Shown piece by piece: positions 32,619 through 39,289 of a stretch of 39,289 nt of DNA. Position numbers and translations under genes: made by a program. The notes beneath the pieces were generated by a model. The model did no database searches. It was not told the origin of the DNA and saw only the letters and a program-made list of their open reading frames with translations. Location of the stretch: IMG/VR virus record IMGVR_UViG_3300007734_000672, positions 1 to 39,289 of that record. One strand, 5' to 3'. The DNA is from a virus (lineage: Duplodnaviria; Caudoviricetes). Position 1 is the stretch's first letter; the number at the start of each line of letters is the position of its first letter.

Positions 32619-33568
32619 GAGTCATCCTTAGTGGTTGCGGTACGTTTGGTAGTGTCTATCGGCAACGCATCATGGAACACGGGAAAGACTACGAGTTGGT
32701 CTGCGTTGTTGATAAGGATGCGCGTATCCTGACGACGCAGACGAGTGGGGTGATTGGCACGCAGACACTAGAAGAAGCTGTGTCTAACGTGGATGCGGAT
32801 GCTGTAATCATTACGAGTCCTACTGGTACTCACGCGCAAGCAGCTATGTACTGCTTAGAGAATAATCTGCACGTACTATGCGCTAAGCCTGGGCCGCAAA
32901 GCATTAAGGATGCCAACACTCTTGCGCACCTAAGCGAGTTGCATTCGCGTGCTTGTGTCGTTGACTATACGATGCTGAACACACCAGAGGTGGACTACAT
33001 TCACATGGTGTTTGCTGCGTACAACGCACCACACTTTATGACTAGCGTTCGTAGTGTGATGGGGCCGCCTCGACCAGAGGGCGCAGTGTGGGACTTGTTG
33101 TCGCACGACGTTGCCTCGTTCTGCGAGTTCATGCCACGCAGCATTGTCGTGTCGTCTGTCAAGTGTGTTGCTAATGGGCGTGGCGTTAGCGCCAAACTCT
33201 TGTGTGGCGACACGCTCGTTGGCGAGCTGGAGGCAGACTATGCGTGTGACGAGCCGTTGAAGCGCGCGTCGTTTGCTATCGCACCTAAGACTACGATGGT
33301 GAATCCTGTTGTGAAGCTTACGTGGAACCAGAACTTTCGCGAGGTTTCAACTAGGGCTGCGGGTGCTAATAAGTCTAACCAAGAGTTTGGTAAGTGGCCC
33401 GACCCGATCACGTTAGCCCTAGACAACTTCTTGTTTGAGACGCAGACCATAGGTCACGAGTTCTACCTGCCCGTTGCGTCGCTGCGTATGAAAGACGTTA
33501 CTCGTGTGCTTGTTGCCCTTCAAGAATCGTTTGAGAATGATGGGCTAGAGCAGACGGTGGTGGTGTGA
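32615..33568 (+). CDS. Gfo/Idh/MocA-family NAD(P)-dependent oxidoreductase
   Basis: ATG 32615. GCGTFG Rossmann motif, DAVIITSP..TH, HVLCAKP and WDLLSHD. Confidence 0.85.
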   Translation: MRVILSGCGTFGSVYRQRIMEHGKDYELVCVVDKDARILTTQTSGVIGTQTLEEAVSNVDADAVIITSPTGTHAQAAMYCLENNLHVLCAKPGPQSIKDANTLAHLSELHSRACVVDYTMLNTPEVDYIHMVFAAYNAPHFMTSVRSVMGPPRPEGAVWDLLSHDVASFCEFMPRSIVVSSVKCVANGRGVSAKLLCGDTLVGELEADYACDEPLKRASFAIAPKTTMVNPVVKLTWNQNFREVSTRAAGANKSNQEFGKWPDPITLALDNFLFETQTIGHEFYLPVASLRMKDVTRVLVALQESFENDGLEQTVVV

Positions 33569-33690
33569 AAGTCTGGTGCGACCATTGCCAAGACTATACG
33601 ATCTTGAATCCTCGTAAGGTCTGCTTGTGGTGCGACACTAAGATCACGACGAAGAACATTACTAGAGCGAAGATTGAGGAGGCTCGATGA
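33565..33690 (+). CDS. Small Zn-ribbon protein, 41 aa (not in ORF track)
   Basis: MKVWCDHCQDYTILNPRKVCLWCDTK...; GTGA and ATGA overlaps on both sides. Confidence 0.65.
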   Translation: MKVWCDHCQDYTILNPRKVCLWCDTKITTKNITRAKIEEAR

Positions 33691-33953
33691 GTACGTGGAA
33701 AGACATTGATGAGCAGCTTGATGGTGCTGTGCTGGATGCGGCAACGATGTTTACGGACATGGCTATGCGTATTCAAGCCCGTAAGGGTGACTCTGTTGTT
33801 GACGATCTGCGTATTCGTTACGAGGTTGGGAGTGCTGAGCATAAGGATTCGTGGGAAGACTGGCACAAGGATCGTTTCTTGCGGGAGGCGCGCGAGGAGT
33901 TGCTTGACCTAATCTTGTACCACGCTATGATGCGTGTTGTACACAAAGATTGA
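33687..33953 (+). CDS. MazG-like all-alpha nucleotide pyrophosphohydrolase-like protein
   Basis: EAREELLDLILY (ExxEExxD) helix motif; GAGGAGG SD. Confidence 0.55.
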   Translation: MSTWKDIDEQLDGAVLDAATMFTDMAMRIQARKGDSVVDDLRIRYEVGSAEHKDSWEDWHKDRFLREAREELLDLILYHAMMRVVHKD

Positions 33954-33967
33954 TGAGGGGATAAAAC

Positions 33968-35152
33968 TTGAGTAAGACCCTGACAGTAGGCAGTACGTTC
34001 ACTGGTGTGGGTGGCGCTGATCTTGGCTTTGAATGGGCAGGCTTTGACATTGCTTGGCAGTGCGAGCTGGACAAGTGGAAGCGCAGCGTCCTTGCCGCAC
34101 ACTGGCCCAGCGTTCCATGTTACGACGACATTACAACCATGCCCGATCCGCCACCAGTAGACGTTATGGTTGGTGGCTTTCCCTGCCAAGACTTATCTGT
34201 GGCAGGTCAACGGAAAGGATTTACTGGTGAAAGATCAGTCCTCGCTTTTGAGTTCCTCCGAATTGCAGAAGCTATCAAGCCACGATGGCTCGTACTTGAG
34301 AATGTTCCAGGACTCCTTAGTTCCAACAAGGGACTTGACTTCCAACGACTCCTCAGTGAAGTGGCCGCTTGTGGGTACGGCGTGGGATACCGTTGCTTGG
34401 ATGCCAGATATTTCGGAGTGGCGCAGAGGCGCAGGAGAATCTTCATTGTCGCCCGTCGAGCCGAAGCTGGTATCGATTCTAGAAGCGCAAGTGGACTCGC
34501 GTTACGCGCTCTCTGCGAAAGCGGCAGCGGGGATACTACGCCGTGCATCCCGCCGTGGCAGGACGCTGCCCGAACCATTGGACAAGGCGCTGAAAGCGGT
34601 AGCATCTTCAATGCCACTGGAGCTTTCGGAAACTGGGTTGAAGAACCAAGAGCAAGAGAGTTGAGTCGGCGGGATTACAAGTCATCTAATCATCTTGCCC
34701 TTGCGTATCGTAAGAGTTCTCGTGTAAGTACGCCGGGTACGGCGGAGACTTGGGTTGATGATGGTCAAGCGAATACGTTGAACTCGTTCGATGTTGGTGA
34801 TGTGCGTACCACTCATGCTGTTGTCGCTAGTGCGTATAGCATTCGTGAAGATGGGGCGGCGGATACGTTTAGTGCTACGCCAATTGATGCTGCTCGTTGT
34901 TTGCAGAAGCATCAGCCTAGTGTGCAGTCGCATCACGCACAAACATTTATCGCTCAACCACCAAGCATAGTGCGAAGGCTTACGCCAACGGAATGCGAGG
35001 CACTAATGGCGTGGCCCCGGAATCACACGGCACCCGAGGGAATCAAAGCACCAGACTCTCGCCGCTACGCAGCGTGCGGGGACGGCATCGTTGCTAACGT
35101 AGCCTACTGGATTGCACAACGAATCAACATGATAGAAAGCGAACAAACATGA
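33968..35152 (+). CDS. DNA (cytosine-5) methyltransferase
   Basis: Motifs I (FTGVGG), IV (GFPCQDLS), VI (ENVPG), VIII (QRRRRIF), IX (RRLTPTECEAL) and X (RYAACGDGI). Confidence 0.92.
   Translation: MSKTLTVGSTFTGVGGADLGFEWAGFDIAWQCELDKWKRSVLAAHWPSVPCYDDITTMPDPPPVDVMVGGFPCQDLSVAGQRKGFTGERSVLAFEFLRIAEAIKPRWLVLENVPGLLSSNKGLDFQRLLSEVAACGYGVGYRCLDARYFGVAQRRRRIFIVARRAEAGIDSRSASGLALRALCESGSGDTTPCIPPWQDAARTIGQGAESGSIFNATGAFGNWVEEPRARELSRRDYKSSNHLALAYRKSSRVSTPGTAETWVDDGQANTLNSFDVGDVRTTHAVVASAYSIREDGAADTFSATPIDAARCLQKHQPSVQSHHAQTFIAQPPSIVRRLTPTECEALMAWPRNHTAPEGIKAPDSRRYAACGDGIVANVAYWIAQRINMIESEQT
34170..34664 (+). CDS. Nested +1-frame ORF, putative methyltransferase-associated beta-type polypeptide
   Basis: 164 codons open across conserved MTase motifs. 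Contains FPAKT and SSLS...ILE...RYALSAKAAAGILRRASRRGRTLPEPLDKAL. Start codon uncertain. Confidence 0.6.
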   Translation: MVAFPAKTYLWQVNGKDLLVKDQSSLLSSSELQKLSSHDGSYLRMFQDSLVPTRDLTSNDSSVKWPLVGTAWDTVAWMPDISEWRRGAGESSLSPVEPKLVSILEAQVDSRYALSAKAAAGILRRASRRGRTLPEPLDKALKAVASSMPLELSETGLKNQEQES

Positions 35153-35631
35153 GACAATACTTAGGACTTGACGTAGCTCCCCTTCGCATTGGTTGGGCTG
35201 TTGTCTCTGAAAATGCTGGAGTCATCAAGCCCGTCGCGCACGGCACCCACTTGTTTGACAAGAAGGAATGGATTGTTCCGGCTATGCGCGCTGAAGCGAT
35301 GGAAGATTTGCATGACGCACACAAGATTGAGCCTAACGGTATCGGCATGGAAGCTGTGTACGTTGGCATCAATAAGCTGGGCAGTATCCGTGCTGCTATG
35401 GCGCTGGGTCAGATCGAGAGCGTGTGTGATTACGAGTGGCCTGATGCTGAGCAGAAGATTCTTACAGCAACACAATGGCGCAAGGTGTGTGGCATTCCCC
35501 AGGGTGGCAAGGTGCCGGTGATGGAGTGGGCTGAGGCGTACACTGGTGAGACGATTGATAGCCAAGACGATGCTGATGCGCTAGCGATTGCGTACGCCAC
35601 GGCGATGTGGTTTACAACTGACCATGAATGA
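35149..35631 (+). CDS. ruvC: RuvC-like Holliday junction resolvase
   Basis: LGLD...IGWAVV, MEAVYV, A.ALG, WRKV.G...K and DDADALAIA motifs. Confidence 0.85.
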   Translation: MRQYLGLDVAPLRIGWAVVSENAGVIKPVAHGTHLFDKKEWIVPAMRAEAMEDLHDAHKIEPNGIGMEAVYVGINKLGSIRAAMALGQIESVCDYEWPDAEQKILTATQWRKVCGIPQGGKVPVMEWAEAYTGETIDSQDDADALAIAYATAMWFTTDHE

Positions 35632-36139
35632 TGAGCCGTGGTTTGAGCGTGCCGTCGAGGACGAACTACAGAAAGTCATTGATCGTATCCGCGCCAAAGG
35701 ACAGGACGTTCACAACGTAGGTTCACTACGCAACAAGGTCAACAATGACTTGAACGCTAGTCGTGGCACGAGCGCATGGGTTGCACTGAAGCAACGGTAT
35801 GATCCGATGCCGCGCAACGAAATGCGTTGGTGTTGCGTGTGCGAGCGCCCACTATCTAGCCAAGCTGCAACCTCGTGGCTAGAGGACAAGCGGGGCGACA
35901 CGTACTGTGGTCAAGAATGCAAAGACAATACGTCTCGCCACCCTATTCCGTTTGCTGAGTGGAAAGCCAGGGTTAGGGCGAATGGGAGTGCGAGTGCGCC
36001 GCGTCGAGACATTGTGGGTGGCGAGATTGTGGATGGCCCACTGATTACGATTACGTGGGGTGACATCAAGAATGTGGGCAAGCCGTTGCCTGCTGAGGTG
36101 GTGCGTGAGGTAGCACAGATTGACTGGAGTATTGAATAG
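35624..36139 (+). CDS. Hypothetical Zn-finger protein
   Basis: ATG 35624; CCVC...YCGQEC (treble-clef-like). Confidence 0.65.
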   Translation: MNDEPWFERAVEDELQKVIDRIRAKGQDVHNVGSLRNKVNNDLNASRGTSAWVALKQRYDPMPRNEMRWCCVCERPLSSQAATSWLEDKRGDTYCGQECKDNTSRHPIPFAEWKARVRANGSASAPRRDIVGGEIVDGPLITITWGDIKNVGKPLPAEVVREVAQIDWSIE

Positions 36140-36193
36140 CACGCTGCTGTGTGCTAGCGTTTGCGTATCAACTAATGAGAGCGGAGGCATACC

Positions 36194-36271
36194 GTGGAAT
36201 TGATTGTCGTAATCATCGTAGTCGTGATCCTATTTATGTTCACGCTAACTAGAGCCGGAGGAATGAAATGA
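36194..36271 (+). CDS. 25-aa single-TM peptide (not in ORF track)
   Basis: GGAGG SD, GTG start, MELIVVIIVVVILFMFTLTRAGGMK; ATGA overlap with the next gene. Confidence 0.55.
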   Translation: MELIVVIIVVVILFMFTLTRAGGMK

Positions 36272-36558
36272 GTACCATCGTGGAACCACTAAGCCAGTCG
36301 GCGTTGTATCGCACGATGTGGCGCAGCATCATGCACGCAACAGGCAACACTGAAACTGCCGATGCTGTGATGATGAGCATCATTGATTCGCACCCACACC
36401 TATCCGAAGTGTGGGACGCGAATACTTGCCGAGCTTGCAAGGCTATCCTCCAGGGTGTGGACAAGGCGCTTGACTCGCCGTACTGTGAGTGCTGTCGGAT
36501 GGATGCGAATCCGCCAGAGTATTACGATGCGAACCTGAAGATGTATGGTGGTGAGTGA
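36268..36558 (+). CDS. Hypothetical Zn-binding protein
   Basis: GGAGG SD; CRAC and YCECC. Confidence 0.65.
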   Translation: MSTIVEPLSQSALYRTMWRSIMHATGNTETADAVMMSIIDSHPHLSEVWDANTCRACKAILQGVDKALDSPYCECCRMDANPPEYYDANLKMYGGE

Positions 36559-36689
36559 TGGCTACCATTGGTCGCATCAAACGGAAGAAGCTGGACTATA
36601 ATCGTGCCGCTCGTGTTGCTCGTGGGGCGGCTAGTGCTGCCGCTCGTGTTGCTCGTGCTGCTACTACTCCGAAAGCCAGGTGGTTCTAA
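36558..36689 (+). CDS. 43-aa Arg/Ala-rich basic peptide (not in ORF track)
   Basis: MATIGRIKRKKLDYNRAARVARGAASAAARVARAATTPKARWF. TGATG and TAATG overlaps; internal duplication of AARVAR. Confidence 0.6.
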   Translation: MATIGRIKRKKLDYNRAARVARGAASAAARVARAATTPKARWF

Positions 36690-36868
36690 TGCTGGATGAT
36701 CTTCGAGAATACTTGCCTATCAATCCGCCAGACTTTCTCGCAGAGGAAGAACCGGAGCCTCCCCGCAAGTGCTGCTGTTGTGGCATCTTGGTATATGCGG
36801 ATGCGGCGACGGATGATGGTGAGTCGTTCTACTGTGGTGATTGCGGCGACTTGACTCCTGCCGCTTGA
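36689..36868 (+). CDS. Small acidic Zn-finger protein
   Basis: ATG 36689; CCCCG...YCGDC. Confidence 0.6.
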   Translation: MLDDLREYLPINPPDFLAEEEPEPPRKCCCCGILVYADAATDDGESFYCGDCGDLTPAA

Positions 36869-36894
36869 CATTGGTGTGCGGATGCGCGTAAAGT
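36865..36894 (+). promoter_or_regulatory. Sigma70-type (early) promoter
   Basis: TTGACA-18 nt-TAAAGT, upstream of GAGGAGG and GTG 36927. Confidence 0.65.
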
Positions 36895-36926
36895 AATTGT
36901 GTACCCATTGATCTGAGGAGGTCAAA

Positions 36927-37124
36927 GTGATTAGTGCAGATAGGAATCTTGAGATCGCGCAAGGCGTTGCCGCTATGCAGGCGGCGGCGCATAAGCATGG
37001 CTTGGTGATGGAAGCCGTGGAGAATGGTGACGAGCAGTGGTACACGGTGTATGCGAAGGATGCCGGGAATCTTTTGGACGTATGCGATGCGGCAGAACAC
37101 CTAGTTGGTAAGCGCAATGACTGA
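36927..37124 (+). CDS. Hypothetical protein
   Basis: Strong SD GAGGAGG; 65 aa. Confidence 0.65.
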   Translation: MISADRNLEIAQGVAAMQAAAHKHGLVMEAVENGDEQWYTVYAKDAGNLLDVCDAAEHLVGKRND

Positions 37125-37344
37125 GTACGACTACGAACATGGATGGACGGTAGTGGAGTGCAACCCCAATGAGCGGGGAGCCGATGCGATCATCGGAGCT
37201 TTTGAGGTTTTCCATAGGGAGAAGGACGCTCTAGAGTTTCTCGCCAACGTCCGAGACGATGACCCTGAGACGGGCAACGGTTGGACTACGGTTCGCTTGC
37301 GCATATTCAGCGCGCGCTATTATGAGGGTGCGGTGTCGGCATGA
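37117..37344 (+). CDS. Hypothetical acidic protein
   Basis: ATG 37117; overlaps both neighbours. Confidence 0.6.
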   Translation: MTEYDYEHGWTVVECNPNERGADAIIGAFEVFHREKDALEFLANVRDDDPETGNGWTTVRLRIFSARYYEGAVSA

Positions 37345-37583
37345 CTGACGATACATACATTGACCTGGAGAACCGCTTAGACTTTCTTCTGCCCGAGAAG
37401 CGTGGCTATGGTGGCGACATGCGTAGGCTCTTGCGCTGCGCTATCAGCACGAAGGATTGGCTGCTAGCCGATGCTATCGAGCGCGTCGTTACCGAATTGT
37501 TGCAGCGGATGGAAGCGCAGGATGCGGAGCTGCGCGAGTTTGACGCATGGGTGTCCGAGTGTGAAGCGGAGGCTAGCCGGTGA
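37341..37583 (+). CDS. Hypothetical protein
   Basis: ATGA coupling; helical, 80 aa. Confidence 0.6.
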   Translation: MTDDTYIDLENRLDFLLPEKRGYGGDMRRLLRCAISTKDWLLADAIERVVTELLQRMEAQDAELREFDAWVSECEAEASR

Positions 37584-37780
37584 TAACCGTGCGGTTCGGA
37601 ATCGAGCGGCCCGACACCGCTGCGCTACTGATAGGCGTAACCGCACTGCCTGACGGTACAGCGTGGCGGGATGCTATCCCTGCTGCTGCTGATTGGGATT
37701 ACCTGGCGGCGGGTTGGGTTGACGTATCCTCGTGGCGCAGGTGTGGTACGTTTGTGTCTCGCGTTGTCTTGACGCGCTGA
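37580..37780 (+). CDS. Hypothetical protein
   Basis: GGAGG SD and GTGA coupling. Confidence 0.55.
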   Translation: MITVRFGIERPDTAALLIGVTALPDGTAWRDAIPAAADWDYLAAGWVDVSSWRRCGTFVSRVVLTR

Positions 37781-37797
37781 TTGTGGCATGGTACTTT
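37769..37797 (+). promoter_or_regulatory. Sigma70-type (early) promoter
   Basis: TTGACG-17 nt-TACTTT with a TGG extension. Confidence 0.6.
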
Positions 37798-37847
37798 CTG
37801 CGTGTAATTATTGACAGCCGCCACGCGCGGCAGATTGGATAGGCAAG

Positions 37848-38267
37848 ATGACAGAGCTAATGCGAGACGAACACGGATTCGGCTACGATCTACCTGGTCC
37901 GTTCTCCGATGCTACCAGCATCATGCGCGAACACCGCGAACGTGGCGGGTACTATTTCGAACCCGAAACGATGCGTTATTTCCGGGCGCGCTGCCATAGG
38001 GTTGTAGCTGGCGCTATCCTCATCGACTCTATCCGCCACGATGACGATGCCCGCGTGTATCGGCTCACGGTAATGACAGAGGGGCGCGGCATGTCACGCA
38101 TACCAGACCCGCGCGATGGTGCGACTACGTTTGACACGCTAGACAAAGCACGCCGCGCAGCTGAGCGTGTGTGCAAGGCGTGCGGCGTGCCGTCCTGGTA
38201 TCGGTCGGCGAATAAGTTGCCGCGAGATTGGGCGTACGTTGCAGACCCGGAAAGCGTGACGGCATGA
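37848..38267 (+). CDS. Hypothetical early protein
   Basis: 139 aa. GGYYFEPETMRYFRAR resembles a motif recurrent in actinophage early proteins (recall, not searched). Confidence 0.7.
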   Translation: MTELMRDEHGFGYDLPGPFSDATSIMREHRERGGYYFEPETMRYFRARCHRVVAGAILIDSIRHDDDARVYRLTVMTEGRGMSRIPDPRDGATTFDTLDKARRAAERVCKACGVPSWYRSANKLPRDWAYVADPESVTA

Positions 38268-38506
38268 CTGGCGGCGAATCGTTTGCAGATTGGCTATCCG
38301 TAATTGTAGTGTCAGACGATCCCGCGAACGGTGGCGCTGGTCTGCTCACGCTCACCGACTGCGCGAAGTGCGACGGCTACGGCATCGTCGAGCATTCGCA
38401 CCGTAGCGGGATGCGGCTAGCGCCCTGCCGTAAGTGCAACGGGGAAGGGAAACCGGCAAGCGTGGCGAACGTGACAGCGAACGCCAACGAAATGGGGACA
38501 CGATGA
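38264..38506 (+). CDS. Small protein with DnaJ-type Zn finger
   Basis: ATG 38264; CAKCDGYG and CRKCNGEG (two CxxCxGxG repeats). Confidence 0.65.
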   Translation: MTGGESFADWLSVIVVSDDPANGGAGLLTLTDCAKCDGYGIVEHSHRSGMRLAPCRKCNGEGKPASVANVTANANEMGTR

Positions 38507-38643
38507 CACTTGCACCATATGTATATCTCGCGTTAGCCGCACTGCTCACCTGCCTATGTCTAGTCGTCATGACCTGGACAGAGGCACGCGACGCCGAGCG
38601 CGAAGCAGCTCAGGCGTGGACGGATTACCTCGACCGGCACTAA
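38503..38643 (+). CDS. Small membrane protein
   Basis: ATG 38503; N-terminal TM MTLAPYVYLALAALLTCLCLVVM. Confidence 0.6.
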   Translation: MTLAPYVYLALAALLTCLCLVVMTWTEARDAEREAAQAWTDYLDRH

Positions 38644-38663
38644 GCGCCACACCGCATTACACC

Positions 38664-38697
38664 AGCCCACCCCGCTACGCTAGGGGGTGGGCTTTTT
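38664..38697 (+). terminator. Rho-independent terminator
   Basis: AGCCCACCCC/GGGGTGGGCT 10-bp stem, 10-nt loop and T-run. Confidence 0.85.
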
Positions 38698-38812
38698 ACT
38701 GCCCTAACGTAACCGAGCTGCTCGATACCTGCTACTTAGCTGCTCCTAACCAGCGCGCCCTGGACAGCGCCGACACGCACAAAGCTCTCCCCCAATCACC
38801 ACAGCAAACCGC

Positions 38813-38841
38813 TTGACACCACCCCGCGCGTCGGGCATCCT
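38813..38841 (+). promoter_or_regulatory. Sigma70-type promoter
   Basis: TTGACA-17 nt-CATCCT, upstream of GAAAGG SD and ATG 38883. Confidence 0.55.
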
Positions 38842-38882
38842 ACCCGTATCGGCAGCACCGCCGAATTATCGAAAGGCAACAC

Positions 38883-39289
38883 ATGACCACGTACCTATAC
38901 CAGACGATCTTCTCCCCCACCGATGAGAATCTTTCGGCAGAGGACTGCATGGAGATCTACCATTACCCCACCCGCGTGGAAGCACTCGCCGCCGCCGCAC
39001 GCGACGCAATGGAAACAGCAAGCAGCGAAGGCGCAACACCAGAGGGACGCGCCTACATGCGTGCCGCCGCCGCACTTATCGAATGCGTAGCACGCGAAGC
39101 GATCGAAAAGACAGACCCCGCCATCGGGCGACAGGTCTACGTGAACGTCAACGGCGCAGACGCTCGCACCATCGGCGCATACGTCATCGAAGCACGCGAC
39201 CCCAGCATCCACCACATCACCCCCGACACCCCGCCCAGCGTCTGCGCCGTCTGCGGCATGGATGATTGGGACTGCGCCGCCCACCACGG
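38883..39289 (+). CDS. Hypothetical protein, open at the window end (probably finishes at TAG 21-23 on circularisation)
   Basis: MTTYLYQTIFSPTDENLSAEDCMEIY...CAVCGMDDWDCAAHHG; no stop before 39289. Missed by the ORF track. Confidence 0.7.
   Translation, partial: MTTYLYQTIFSPTDENLSAEDCMEIYHYPTRVEALAAAARDAMETASSEGATPEGRAYMRAAAALIECVAREAIEKTDPAIGRQVYVNVNGADARTIGAYVIEARDPSIHHITPDTPPSVCAVCGMDDWDCAAHH

Noticed and set aside
38895-39287. 130-aa minus-strand ORF at the window end
   Set aside because: Antisense shadow of the + strand ORF from 38883, which has a promoter and SD.
1-39289. tRNA genes, stop-codon reassignment, introns or inteins
   Set aside because: No cloverleaf recognised. TAA, TAG and TGA all terminate well-defined genes, and core genes have ordinary lengths with no visible insertions.

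Overview
The window looks like an essentially complete, circularly permuted ~39.3 kb genome of a tailed dsDNA phage. The virion is probably short-tailed and podovirus-like: P22-like portal, scaffold, HK97-fold capsid, adaptor and nozzle, large ejection proteins, and no tape measure, tube or sheath genes. Virtually all credible genes are on the + strand. Gene order: small genes and terminase small/large subunits (566-2978); a 3.9 kb block of small and fibre/propeller genes between TerL and portal (3073-6859); head module with a two-domain glycosyltransferase (6859-13485); tail and internal virion proteins (13485-27358); lysis region (27355-29508); recombination/DNA-metabolism module with a RecT-like protein, Cas4/RecB-like nuclease, SSB, Rpf-like muralytic enzyme, Gfo/Idh/MocA oxidoreductase, C5 methyltransferase and RuvC (29704-36139); and small early-type genes behind sigma70-like promoters (36194-39289). 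An actinobacterial host is inferred from the Rpf-like domain, the leaderless promoter architecture and the holin type. No integrase, repressor, polymerase, helicase, primase, tRNA or CRISPR array was recognised. Most notable signals read directly from the DNA: (i) eight genes with a TAnAnT -10 box 6-7 nt before the start codon, implying leaderless mRNAs; (ii) CCGACC hairpin loops in the leaders of three consecutive head genes; (iii) an ordered +1-frame ORF nested in the methyltransferase gene; (iv) two homologous, covarying terminator cassettes that join the window ends; (v) a dispersed non-coding element with twin C-tracts; (vi) a possible virion-glycosylation system. All functional calls come from motif recognition by eye, not database searches.
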